Assembly (NCBI RefSeq): GCF_009914755.1
Contig: NC_060928.1
Strand: one strand, 5' to 3'
DNA length: 64,000 bases
From: the human T2T-CHM13v2.0 reference genome, Homo sapiens
A model generated the notes under the pieces. It was not told the origin of the DNA. It saw nothing but the letters and a program-made list of their open reading frames with translations, and ran no database searches. This document shows positions 42,289 to 57,680 of this stretch, piece after piece (position 1 is the first letter of the stretch; every line of letters starts with the position of its first letter). A program made the position numbers and the translations under genes.

Positions 42289-43653
42289 TTAGAAGAAGCA
42301 GCAGCAAAATGTCCACAAGAAAGTTACTTAGTTCTAAAAGCCTCTACTACAATTAGAAAAAAAAATGACAAGTTGTAAAAATCATGTTTTAAAATACATT
42401 GGAGATCTGTTGAAGCAATCAAAAAATAACTCAAATTAAAATTCCAGACCGGAAAGAGACCTTCCTAGGTATGCTGATGAGTTTTGAAAACATTCTGTAG
42501 ATTTTAGGCATGGAACTGAAGTCAGTCTAACTTGGCTTAGGCTTCTAGAAGGACTTTGACTAAATGAAAGAGACTCCAGCAAGCATTTGTCAGTTGTATT
42601 GGTGGGGGTTAGCACAATCAGTTGGAAACTAAAGGACTCTGAAATATCCGTACTGGCCTATTTTCCACAGATTAGCTGAATGCCGAGGTGGTATGGGAGA
42701 CTAGAGAGTTGTGCCAGAAGCTTCTAAAAGACAAAGCTAAATGTCCCAGGGTTTCACAGTGTTTAGTGGACAAAAGTCTAGCTGGAGGGAGGGGTCTGCC
42801 ACAAACTCATCATTGTCTTTTCCTGAAGACATTTGACATTTTTTGAAACTGTTTAGGCAGGAATGTAGAGACACAAGTTCAAACCCTCCAAAGAGCAGAA
42901 ATGAATTTTTCATAGTCTTTCAGGGCTAAGGAGACAGAGACTGTCAATCCCTTAATCAAAAGACTGTGTGATAATGTCTTAATGTATGAGCAAAAGAAAT
43001 AAGCCACAGATGGAAGGGTCTTACTAAAACTTTGCAGCCTAGCCTGGACACAGCTCAATCTCTAATTGGATTGAGATAATCAATCCTTTAACTTTCTCCC
43101 TGTTAGCAATAGGTAGAATATTGCAAAGGTCAAACCATCTCTAATAGAAGATATCATCTGGACCACAGCATAATAAAAAGTATTGAAAACTAACAACAGA
43201 AAATCTTAAAAGGAACCAGAGGAAAAAGGAAAAATAAATTCAAAACAGCAACAGTTAAGTCTAAATGCTGATTCTTCAACAGAACTAGGGAAACCAGAAT
43301 CCTATTGAATGACATCTTTAGATCGCTGAAGGAAAAAAAAAAAATTGCTAACCTCAAGTTCCATATCCAGGGAAAAAGCTTTCAAGAATTACAGCAAAAT
43401 AAAGATGTTTCTTGACAAACAGAAGTTGAGAGAATTCCCTGCCAGGAATCCTACTTAAGGAAAATAATCTCAAATCCTTAGAAGGAGGAAAAAAGCATAA
43501 TCAAGGGTAATTATGTAAATTTTAAAAGAGTATTACCTTCTTAAAACAGCAATAATAATGTCTTGTGGATTTTTATAAACTGGACAAGTAGAATCTATGA
43601 CAACGATGGCAAAAAAGGTAGGAAGAATAAGTAGATTTAAATTGACACCATAA

Positions 43654-43962
<309 letters not shown>

Positions 43963-43967
43963 TGTAG

Positions 43968-44357
<390 letters not shown>

Positions 44358-45309
44358 TGATATATTAATACTATATTGACCTTATATCAACTCAATGATT
44401 GATAACGACTTAAAACTGCAAATTCTTGTGTAAATACTCTTATAAATATAAAGGTGGCATATTTACAACTTTGTCCTCTAAATCGTGTTGTTACTGTGCT
44501 TAGTATTTTGACTGTATTTAAAAATATATTCACAAACTATGAAATTTTCAGATATACTTTTCAAAATATACATCTAATTTTAAAGCCTGGAATTCTAATT
44601 AGACTGAAAAAATGCACTTACGCATAATTGAGGATTATGCATCCTTCACCCTATTCGGGCCACTCCTGGAGTCAGGGTAGTAGAGCACAGCATTGCAGAG
44701 GCCGGAGCCAGAAGAAAAGAAAAAATGCCTTCCATCCTCTTGGCCTTGAATCTCCCATTAACAGAACTGAACCGGAAAGAAATTGGCAAGTGAATCTGGG
44801 AAATGATATTTAGAATTCCAGTACTCTGTAATATAGAGAGAGTAAAAGAATGAGAATGGAACTGACAGACAACAGAAATATAACCAGCACAGTCAAACAA
44901 CTGGCAAGTGGCAGAGTTTATATCTCAAGCAGTCTAGCTCCTGAGTCCATGCACTTAACTACTACAGTATGCAGTGACACTATGATATGCTATAGCAACA
45001 TTATTTCATACATTTTAAAATTAATGGCTGATGATGAATGCAAGTTGGCAGGAAAGAAATTGTAGGAATTGGATTCATTAAATATTCCAGAAAGATTAAG
45101 TTTCTACGTTGTGCCGGACACTACTCGAAATAGAATGATGCAAAACCAAAATGAAACAAGGATGAAGGAAGAGAGTTCCTTTCTCAGTATTTCAGACTGG
45201 ACAAAATTTCCCTGTGAAGGATTCCAACTGGCTTGATTTGAATCGTGTGCCCCCCTCATTAAGCCAGGCACTTTCAGGGCAGGTATTAGGGGAAATAACC
45301 TAGTGGAAA

Positions 45310-45730
45310 TGCTCAATAGAAACCTGAGACAAGGATTTTGTTGCAAATAGTTTATCTAAGAGATGCAGGAAACACCAGTAGGAGGTGGGGAAGCGAGACA
45401 AAGAAGGGAAAACAGTCAATAAAGGGTGCGGTATCAAGCCAGATACCACTTATAATGACTGGAGCATAATCCCATGAGAAAACTCTGGGAAAACACAGGC
45501 CTCAAAGTTATCCCATCTGAAGGCCAAGTGAGCTGGGGTATCTATATAACAAATCTTTCCAGTCACTTGGTGAAGGCTGCTAGAGTGGGAGTTTGTTAAT
45601 TCCCAGGCATTTCCAAATTGCCCTGATCACATAGGGACAGAGCTGCCTTCCACAGCTTTGGAGAAAGCCCTCAGGTCAAGAAATCAATGTTGAAGTGGTA
45701 ATGGCCAGAGAGACAAGAGCAGGGTCTGTC
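45310..45730. mobile_element. Old LTR fragment (MLT1/LTR16-type)
   Basis: cctgagacaaggattt...caaatagtttat...caataaagggtg pattern. Confidence 0.55.
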
Positions 45731-48636
45731 TCAACTTCTTCATCAGGTCAAAATTTTATCTGCCTAATGCATGGAGTTATAAATTTCAAAAGAAAGAACG
45801 CCTATGAGAGAGTGTTATAAAATATAAAATGTAATACCAAAAATTCTTGTTTAGGAGTTTCTTGAAGGCAGGAGGTGCATATCATGTTTTTACATCTCTC
45901 CTAAGGCCTAGTACAGTGCTATGCATATGCATAGGCTCAAATATTTATTGGATGAATTTTTCAATGTAATGATTATTAAATATTCATTAAATATTTTCTA
46001 GGTTAATAGGTGTTTTTAAACTTATAATTCATATCAATAACTCATTACTGTTAACTTCTAAAAACCTTTATGTTTGAAAACTATAAAGTAGCATGGTCTT
46101 GTTCTATACCTTTGTCTAAAATTCTTAAATCTAGGTTGTTGTTCAGAACTCTGTTAATTACCCAAAACCCATTTTCTCCTTTCTTCTTACTTTAAAAAAT
46201 ATCTTGATTATAAAAAAGGTAATGATAAATTATTGCGGGTTCAAACCAATCATGAGAAAGCTATTCTCAGTAGCATAAGAGAAAGGCAAGAAAATTGTAG
46301 ACATCAACCCGGACATTATTGAACTACTGAACCATTACCAGTAACCATCTTCTCTCAGTCTTCTTATATGTCAGAAAAATAAACTCATAATAATACTGTT
46401 AGATACATATTCTATTATATGCAGCCATTGGCTAATAACTTTTTTAATAGCATTTTTTTCTTCTTTTGCGTAGCAAGCCCAAGACAAGTCATTTATTTCT
46501 GGACTAGATTATTTCATTATAGTAACTCATCAGAAAACTGAGATAAGCAGTAAGTATTTGGCCATTCACATTTTAACTATTTTGGATTCCCCTCTAACTA
46601 AAGAAAGATCACGGTTTTTTCCTACAGCTCTCTACCTGTGCTGGCTCCATCAATATTCAGTTTGACATTTTGACACATATCTAAAGAAGCTCAAGAGGGC
46701 TCTATCACCAAGAAAGCTGTAGTGAGATGATAGTCTTTCAGATACAAGTTAAAGTCGCTTGTCCAGTTATGTATGTGATCTTCTGCAGAGCCACTTTGCT
46801 TACTCAAAAAAACACATCTCCTGTTCTCTCACCAGAATATATTTTGAAACCATCCACTTATCTCCATCTCTACTATCATCACACAAGCTCAAGCCACAAT
46901 AGACTCTGAACTGGTCTACCTGATTCCAGGGACTTTTGACTTTAACATTGGATCCTCCACAGAATAGCCAGAGTGATCTCAAAACATGAAACAGGTTAAT
47001 CCACTTTCCAGCATAAAATCTTTCAATGGCCTCCAATTCCACATAAAATGTAATACATTATCATTGCATACAATGCTCTGCATAGCCTGCCCTCTTCCTA
47101 TCTCTTTGACTGCATCCCCTACCACTTTCACTCTCACTCCCTATACTATAGCTATATAGAACTATTTTTTAGTTTGTCAAACACCAAAATATTTTTTGCC
47201 TCAAGACTTTGGCACATACTATTGCTTCTGTGTTTAATGCTCTTATCTTCTCTCTCATCGTGGCTGGCTCTTTCACTTCAGGTTTAAGCTTAAATATAAA
47301 GTTACTATCCAACTTCCTCTTTTATCACCGGTTATAACATTCATCACTATCTGTAATTATATATATATTTGTTAGCCTATTAGTTTAGTATCTGTAACCT
47401 TGCCTAGACCTCCAGAGGGTAGAGACATGCTCCTTTTCTTCTCCCTTAATAAAGCATTTGGTACATAAATCCCTGTAAGTTTGAATCAGAATGAATGAAT
47501 GAATTAATGAAAGGCAGTGATTTTATTTGAAAGCAGTCTTCAGATTCCAAGCTGGCCTTTTTTCTTTTTTTCTGTCTTTCCATGTAACAGAGTGATGTAT
47601 GATTGCAGCTTTCATCACTTTGGTGACCTAGATACTCAGATATTTTTATGATCCCCTCAAAATTAGTTCTAAATAGATTTTTACTGCATTCCTAGGATGA
47701 CAGAAAATGGGAAAAATATCTAAGGAATTTTCCTTGACACCAAAATAAGTCAGAGGGTGGGGGCGGAGGATGAGGATTGGTAGGGATACCAATCATGAGC
47801 TAGACTCAGGCATGGTAATTTGAGTGGTAAGTAAACCTGGGAAGCAAATTAGCCATGAAAACAAATGCCCAAAGCAGAAGTTTGAATTGTAATCTTTACC
47901 TATAGGCCCACAAAAAGGAAAGGAAACCAAACTGGATACTACATTAAGCTGGGACTCCTTAAAGAAACTAAAATGGTAGCATACTTTGTCTCTTGGCAGA
48001 AACAGATGGAAATCCTTACTGAGGGAAAGCATCTTACTTTAGAAATATCACAGATTGATGGAATAAATATAAGTACAAAATTAGAGATGACCAGGCACGT
48101 GAAGAAGCAAGCCACCATTGAACACCCAAGGAATTCAGATATTTACAATTGTTAGATTCAGAATACAAACATTTTTAATAAGAAAAAGGATGAAATTAGA
48201 AAGATGAGGAAGCAACAGGTATCTATCAGGAATGACAAAAAAGTTCTGAAAACAACCAAATGGATCTTTGAGAAAGAAAAAAACATAGTTGTTGAAATTT
48301 TAATGAATGAGCTACACAGATGAGATAAAGCTAAAAATAAAATTAACATATTTTGCTGAAGAAATTAGACTGAATCACAGAAGAATGAGATGAACAATAT
48401 TTTAAAAATAAAACAGAAACATTGGAAATAGAATAATGTTTATCAATATTGCAATATGTTTAATTAGTCCTAGAAAAAGGAAATAGAGAAAAGCACAAAG
48501 TGGCACTATTTTAGTATTTTTGATGCATTTTTTTCACAGTGAATGATATGAATTCAAATTTAGGAAGCATAAAGTAACCCAAGTAGCTTAATAAAAAGAA
48601 ATCCACAATAACTTCAAGGTGAACTTGCAGATGTCA

Positions 48637-48650
48637 AATATATATGTGTG

Positions 48651-48688
<38 letters not shown>

Positions 48689-48980
48689 TTTTTTCTTGAG
48701 AAAAAGTCTTGCTCTGTCGCCCAGACGGTAATGCAGTGGCACCATCTTGGCTCACTGCAACCTCTCCCTCCTGAGCTCAAGTGATTTCTTGTGCCTCAGC
48801 CTCCAGAGTAGCTGGGGTTACAGGTGTGCACCACCACACCCAACTAATTTTTGTATTTTTAGTAGAGATGGGGTTTCACCATGTTGGCCAGGCTGGTCTC
48901 AAACTCCTGACCTCAGGTGATCTGCCCGCTTAGGCCTCCCAAAGTGCTGGGATTGCAGGTGTGAGCCACCATGCCCAGCC
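48637..48980 (-). mobile_element. Alu with adjacent (TA)n microsatellite (48637-48686)
   Basis: Antisense Alu consensus; TA run beside the tail. Confidence 0.93.
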
Positions 48981-49079
48981 CAAAAAATAATTTTAAAAGA
49001 GCCACAATGCCCAGCCCAAAAAATAATTTTAAAAGAAGCAAGAGAGAAAAGAAAGCTCACCTACAAAGGAAAACAGTTA

Positions 49080-49488
<409 letters not shown>

Positions 49489-50853
49489 GCTATGTGGGCA
49501 AATAAAAATTTTAAGGAAAATTGAGAGACTATCAACATACTAGCCCTAAAGGGACTACTAAATTATGTACTTCAGGAAGAAGGAAAATAATCCTAGAAAG
49601 ACAGTATGAATAAAAGGAAGAGTGAGCATTATTTTTTAAAAAGGTAAACAGAGCTGCTGGTATAAGAAAAGGAAGGTAGATAAGTAGAAAACAGAAGCAC
49701 AGAGAAATGGGAAAGTGCAAACTACAAAAAAGACCATCAGAAATAAATGCAACAGTGTGATTTCTTACATTCATGTAACTCCAGTCATAGAAAGTAAAGA
49801 GAGAAAATAGGGGAAAGGTATATTTGAAGATATAATAGCCAAGATTTATCTACAACTGATAAAAGACAGTTATTGTAATAAAGAAGTGTATAAACTAAAC
49901 CTAAGTCTCACACCTTACACAAAAATTAACTCAAAATAGATAATAGTCTTAAATGTAAAATGTAAAACTACAAGACTTTTAGACAAAACATAGGAGAAAA
50001 TCTTTGGGATACAAGCATAAAGAAAGAGTTCTTAGACTTAACATACGGCAATAGCATGATCTATGTAAGGAAAAACTGAACTTTATCTAAACTAATACAT
50101 TTTCCTCTGTGAAAAGCATTAGGAGTAGTAAAAGGCAAATTACAGACTAGAAGAAAATACTTGCAAACCACATATCTGACAAGGAACTAATATCTGTAAT
50201 ATATAAAGAACTCTCAAAACTCAATAAAAGTCCAATTAGAAAATAAAAAAAAGACATGAACAAAAACTTACCATAGATGGTTTACAGATGGCACATAAGC
50301 AAATGAGATATTCAACATCATTAGCAATTAGGAAAATGCAAATTAAAACACAATGCCATATCACCATACACCTATCAGATTGGATAAAATAAAAATAGTG
50401 ACAACACCAAATACTGGCAAGGATGCAGAGAAGCTGGATCACTCATGCATTGCTGCTGGGAATGTAGAATGATACAGCCACTGTGGAAAATAGTTTGCAA
50501 TTTCTTAAAAACCTAAACATGAAACTGCCCCACAGCCCAGCAATTGTACTCTTGGAAATTTACCTCAGAAAAATGAAGGACTTTCTCCAAAGGTAAGTAG
50601 GGAGAAAAAAAGAAAGAAAAATACAGACTTACATTTTCACAAAAACCTATACATTAATGTTTATAGCAGCTTTATTCATAATATCCCCAAACTAGAAACA
50701 ACCCAGATGTCCTTCACTGGGTGAATGGCTAAACAAACTGTTCTAAATCCATACCATACTACTCAGCAATAAAAAGGAACAAATTACTGATACATGCAAC
50801 AGCCTGGATGAATCTTCAGGGAGTTACATTGAGTGGGGGAAAAAAAAATTCCA

Positions 50854-51146
50854 GGCCAGGCACAGTGGCTTATGCCTGTAACCCAACACTTTGGGAGGCT
50901 GAGGCGGGCAAATCATGAGGTCAGGAGATCAAGACCATCCTGGCCAACATGGTGAGACCCCATCTCTACTAAAAATACAAAAATTAGCTGGGTGTGGTGG
51001 TGCACATCTGTAGTCCCAGCTACTCTGGAGGCTGAGGCAGGATAATTGCTTCAACACGGGAGGTGGAGATTGCAGTGACCTGAGATCGCACCACTGCACT
51101 CGAGCCTGGCGACAGAGCGAGACTCCGTCTCAAAAAAGAAAAAAAA
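50854..51146 (+). mobile_element. Alu (AluSc-like) within L1
   Basis: TSD aaaaaaaattcca. Confidence 0.94.
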
Positions 51147-52070
51147 TTCCAAAGGTTACATACTATATAAGCCCATGCCTTTTTGTATATTTTGTCTTGA
51201 AATGACAAAATTATAGAAATAAAGAACAGCTTAGTGGTTGCCAGGTGTTCAGGAGGCAGTGGGGACGGGAGGGAGTGGGTGAGGCAATAAAAGGGCAATT
51301 TGAGGGATCCTTGTGGTGATGGAAATGTTCTGTATCTTGACTGTATCAATGTCAATTCCTGGTTATGATACTGTACTACAGTTTTGCAAAATATTGTCAT
51401 TGGAGAAAATGGGGTAAAGACACAGTGTCTCTCTGTAATGCTTCTTACAACTGTATGACAATATGCAATTAAGAGTAAAAGTTTAATTTTAAAAACTATA
51501 ATAACAAGCTACTGGAGGGGGGCATTGAAAGATAAAAATAATTTGTTAAAGTGGGAAAGAAGAAAATGAAATAGGACAAATAGAACAAATATAAAATAAA
51601 TGTAATGTGGTAGTTTTAACTTCGAATATATTGAGTAAGTATACCAAGACCAAGATTGTCAGACTGGTTACAAAATCAAAAACCCAATCATATGCTGTTT
51701 AAAGAGATATGCCATAAAAATGGCACAGAGGTGAAAGAAAAAGGATGGAAAAAAGTTTATCATAAAACACTAACCAGAGACAGCTGATATGACTTCTCTA
51801 ATAGCAGACAAAGTCAAATTTGTTTCGATAATACTACTAAAAACAAAAAGAATATTTCATAAAAGACTCAACAAATCAAGATAACTAGAAATCCTACCAC
51901 CTATTGGGAGGCTGAAATGGGAGGATTGCTTGAGTCTAGGAGTTTTTAACCAGCCTGAGCAACATAGTAAGATCCCCTCATCAAAAATGAACAAACAAAA
52001 AAAGAGAAATATCATAGTCAATCCAATTGAAAATTCAGATGAAACAGACAAATTTCTTGAAAACACATTC

Positions 52071-52483
52071 CGTATTAGTTCGTTCTTGCATTGCTATAAA
52101 GAAATACCTAAGACTGGGATATTTATAAAGAGAAGAGGTTTAGTTGGCTCATGGTTCTGCAGGCTGTACAGGAAGCGTAGTGGCTTCTACTTCTGGGGAG
52201 GCCTCAGGAAGCTTCCAGTCATAGTGGAAGGAAAAGCCGGAGCAGTTGTCTTATGTGGCAGGAACAGAAGCGAGAGAGAGAGGGAAAGGGGAAGCGTTAC
52301 ACACTTTTAAACAACCAGATCTTGTGAGAAGTCACTGTCATGAGAACAGCCAGGGGACGGTGCTAAACCATTCATAAGAAACTGCCCTTATGATCCAGTC
52401 ACCTCCCACCAGGCCCCACCTCCAACAATGGGGATTACAATTCAACATGGGAATTGGGGAGGGACACAGATCCAAACCATATC
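52071..52483. mobile_element. MaLR LTR (MSTA/MSTB-like)
   Basis: gtattagttcgttcttgcattgctataaag ... gggacacagatccaaaccatatca; same family as 12778-13207. Confidence 0.9.
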
Positions 52484-52623
52484 AACATCTTAATGAAACT
52501 GACAGATAAAGAAATAGAAAACCTGAATGTTCCTCTGTCTATTAGCAAATTGAGTTTGTATGTAACCTTCCCACAAATAAAATTCTCAGCATGTTTTGCT
52601 TCACTTACAAGTTCTATCAAATG

Positions 52624-52922
52624 AGCTGAGCATGTTGGCTCACATCTGTAAATCCCAGCACTTTGGGAGGCCAAGGCGGGTGGATCACTTGAGGTCAGGA
52701 GCTCGAGACCAGCCTGGCCAACATGGCAAAACCCCATCTCTACTGTTAATAAAAATACAAAAATTAGCCAGGCGTGCTGGTGTATACCTGTAATCCCGCC
52801 TACTCTGGAGGCTGGGGTAGAAGGATTGCTGGAACCAAGAGGTGGAGGTTGCAGTGAGCCAAGATGGTGCCACTGCTCTCCAGCCTGGGAGACAGAGCAA
52901 GATTTTGTCTGAAAAAAAAAAA
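52624..52922 (+). mobile_element. Alu
   Basis: Alu consensus; TSD ttctatca. Confidence 0.93.
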
Positions 52923-53032
52923 TAAATTCTATCACATATTTGGAAAGTTCACAAACTCTTCAATACAAAATAGGAAATACAAAAGAGGAAATATTTGAAC
53001 TTGTTTTATGAAGTAAGCAAAACCTTGGTAAC

Positions 53033-53187
53033 TAGAGTTGCCCAGTTAAATTCGAACTTCAGATAAATAATGAATAATTGTTAGTATAAAATATTTCACA
53101 AGATATAGTAAAAATTATTCATTATTTATCTTTAAATTCAAATTTAACTGGGTTTCCCATATTGTTATTTGCTAAATCTAACAACTG
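53033..53187. mobile_element. MER53-like palindromic DNA element
   Basis: cccagttaaattcgaacttcagataaa ... tttatctttaaattcaaatttaactggg internal palindrome; tttgctaaatct terminus. Confidence 0.8.
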
Positions 53188-53381
53188 TGTTGGCAACAAT
53201 ACTTGACAAATACTTTACAAGAAAAGTAAATTACAGGCAGGTCTCTGTTACGAATATACATACAACAATCTTGAACAAATTATTGATAAATTAAATCCAG
53301 CAAGTTTCAAAAACGATGATATTATGGCCCATTTGGCATTCTTCCAGAAATGCAAGATTAACATTCAAAAATTAATAAAAA

Positions 53382-54032
<651 letters not shown>

Positions 54033-55987
54033 TCAGAAAGAAAAAAAATGTAATATGTAAAATAATGGCATATGTAAAATATAAAGTAAAATAAAAAACA
54101 TTGTTTAAAAACTCCAAATTGCTGGGTAGATTGGATGCAATCCTAACATAATTTTCAGCAGGTTTTTAAGGAATGTGGCTGATTCTAAAATTTGTGTATA
54201 AATGCACTGGGCCAAGAAAAGCCAATAATCTTGAAGAGCAACTAAGTTGGAAGACCAGACATCAAATATTGGATATCAAGATTATCATAAAATGGCAACA
54301 GTTAAGCTGTGTGATGTTGGTGAGACAACAGGCATACAGACCAAGGGAACAGAAAAGACACACATAGAAAGTCACCGGATTTATGACAAAAGTCTTAGTA
54401 CAGTATAGTTGGGAAAGGATGATATTTTTAAATAAATGGTGCTAGGTTAATTGGAAATCCACACAGAAAAATTTGAATTGAATGGCTACTTCACAACATA
54501 TACAAATAACAGTTCTAGGTAGATGCTAGTCCTAAATGTAAAAGACAAACACTGAAGTTTCTAGAGGATAACAGAGGAGAATATCTTCAGTATCTTTCCA
54601 GGAGATAAAATTTTCTTAAACAGGACACAGAAAGCACTAAGCAAAAGGAAAAATGTTGACGAATTAGACTTTATTAAAACTAAGACCTTCTGTTCATCAA
54701 AGGACATGATTATGGATGTGCAGAGGCCAACCCCAGGGTGGGTGAAGATATTTGCAATACATCTATCCAATAAAGATCTCATACCCAGAAAACATGAGGA
54801 CTTCCTACAAATCAGTAAGAAAAAGACATCGTTTGTATAAAATGGTCAAAAAGACTTGAGCAGGCATTTTACAAAAAGGATATACAAATGGCCAATAAAC
54901 ATAAAAATGTGTTTAATAACAATAATCAAAGAAATATAAATTAAAGCTATAATGAGATACCTTTTCACACCACTAGGATGGATAAAACTTTAAAAACTAA
55001 TATAAAAGTTTTGGCAAGGATCGAGCGTCTAACTCTCATACACTGCTGGTGAAAGTCTAAATTGTTACAACCACTTTGGAAAATCATTTGCACCTACTGA
55101 AGCTGGTCATAGACATATTTGTGTCCCAGCAATTCTACTCCTAGGTCTATACTCACAGAAATGTTTATGTATATAAATATAATTCAGTAAACATACTGGA
55201 GTGTTTATAGCAGCAATTTTTGTAACAGCTCACAAGGGAGTTGGAGTGAATGATCAAGTAACGAGTTCGGGAAAATAAATTGGATATATATAGTCCAGCC
55301 ATTTTTTTTTCCCTTTTCTCTTAGGAGCAAGCTGCCTTCAGGAATCACACATTCTGTTCCCTTCATCCATGCGTTATTTTTCAAAGTTCAGTGTGAGTAT
55401 GGCCTTTGGTTGAAAGATTAATTTCTCTAATCCTGGGGTTTAGTATTAGGAAGTTCACTTGCCTGCTGAATAAGTCAATTCTCTATTATTTATTTCATCA
55501 GTAATAGAGGGGATGTTTATTCTCTATATGTGATGTCTTTGGTCTTATTTCTCAATTGCTTCATATTATTTAATGAGCTTCTGTATGGTCATAACATCTG
55601 GTGCATTAGCCAAAATCATCAAGAAATAAGACAACAAAAAGGAGGTGGATGGGAGATCAAACACACAAAGGGACTGAGACTTTTAGAGTCAGCTGTATAA
55701 GTAGCTTTAAATTTTTATGGTGCTTTTGTGAGCACAAACCATGTGAATTCTTGACCTTGGTCTTTGAGGCTTCTATTCTGCAATCTGACAGATTTTTTAC
55801 AGTTACACAGTTTGCTGCTGTGCTGTGCTGTCTGTGAGTGTCTTTAAATCTTAGGTCTTATGAATTCATTCACTTTGGTGGACTACTAAAATTTATAATA
55901 ATAGACAAATAGCTGTTTTTAAAGGGCCCTGCTAGCCCTAAGCAAACATGCATGAATCTCAGCAAACAGCCTCTAAAAAGCAGATGA

Positions 55988-56278
55988 GGCTGGGCGTAGT
56001 GGCACACACCTGTAGTCCCAGCACTTTGGGAGGCTGAGGTGGGAGGATAACTTGAGCCCAGGAGTTTGAGACCAGCCTGGCAACACAGTAAGACTCCATC
56101 ACTATAAAACATTTTTTTAAAAAATTAGCCAGGTATGGTGGTTTGCTCCTGTAGTCCCAATTACTTGGGAGGCTGAGGTGGGAGAATCATTTGAGCCTAG
56201 GAGGCTGCAACGAGCTGTGGTCATGCCACTGCACTCTAGCCTGGGCAACAGAGCGAGACCTTGTCTAAAAAAAAAAAA
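55988..56278 (+). mobile_element. Alu (AluJ-like)
   Basis: Alu consensus with A tail. Confidence 0.93.
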
Positions 56279-57104
56279 TGCTGGAAAATACAGATGGGCC
56301 TTACTGACTGGCCTAAGTAAGCAAAACCCCTGCTTCATAGATCAGACTAGGCTCCACAAACCTACAAAGACGTCAGAGACCTTAGTAAATAGAAGGCAAG
56401 GAGGACCTTAGCAGACACAATCCTCAGAGAGCAGACAGCAGCACCTTAGCTCACTCGTGTGGAGCCCCTACAAAACCAACAGATTTCTGTAGCATGTGCG
56501 AGCCCTAATTTTAAAAAGATACGATCATAGGCAAAAGAGACATGAGAGGCAGATCAATTATTTGCTGCTTATACTACATTTTTCAACTAGGTCTACAGGG
56601 CAAGACTCATCCTATACCCAAGTTTCATGTATGTTACAAAGCACTAATATTTTAGCTTTAAATTGTTACTGCTAGGCCTAGTTGGACAGTGTGGATAAGC
56701 CAAATCCTATCCATTTGTATACTGTTTTTGTCTACCTATAGGACCAAAGGAGGAAACTATGTAAGTACTGTACAAACCTCTTGGATTCATGTGGATTGCT
56801 CACAAGCTCTTGAGGGTCACTCCCTATCAGGTTGATTTTAATTTGTTAATCTCATATGTTCTGACCATGGCTTTATCTGTCATGTTATACTCAAATAGTA
56901 GCTTCATTCATAGAAGGGTAATGTATTTTTATTATCAAATAATGGGAATTCTTATTATAAAGGCTACACCCTCTTTTGGGGTTGGAATAGAGAAACAGCT
57001 TGATGAAATTACTGCAATTTAAATTTAAAGCAATTTAAAATATTGTGCTCTGAAAATTGGCTTTAGGAATCAAGTGTGTTCAAGAAATCAAGGATGCCAT
57101 ACCC

Positions 57105-57142
57105 CGGTCACAGCAAGACCCCATTTCCCCCTGACCCCCCCC

Positions 57143-57188
<46 letters not shown>

Positions 57189-57680
57189 GTATGTATTAGC
57201 CAGGTGTGTTGGTGCACACCTGTAGTCTCAGCTACTCAGGAAGCTGAAGAGAGAGGATTGCTTGAGCCCAGGAGTTCAAGGCTACAGTGAGCTATTATCA
57301 CCACTGTACTCCAGCTTAGGTGACAGAGCAAGACCTTGTCTCTAGGCTGGGCACAGTGGCTCACGCCTGTAATCCTAACACTTTGGGAGGCTGAGGTGGG
57401 CAGATCACAAGGTCATGAGTTCAAGACCAGCCTGGCCAATATGGTGAAACCCCATCTCTACTAAAAATACAAAAATTAGCCAGGCATGGTGGTGAGCGCC
57501 TGTAGTCCCAGCTACTCGGGAGGCTGAGGCAGGAGAATTGCTTGAACCCGGGAGGCAGAGATGCAGTGAGCTGAGATCGCGCCAGTGCACTCCAGCCTGG
57601 GTGACAGAGCGAGAGTCCATCTCAAAAAAAAAAAAAAAAAAAAGACCACGTCTCTAAAAAAATAAGATAAAATAAAAAAG
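57105..57680 (+). mobile_element. Nested Alus: AluS (57345-57642) inserted in the 3' end of an AluJ whose linker expanded to A/(TA)n
   Basis: TSD aagacc(tt/ac)gtctcta around the inner Alu; the host tail resumes at ~57656. Confidence 0.9.
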
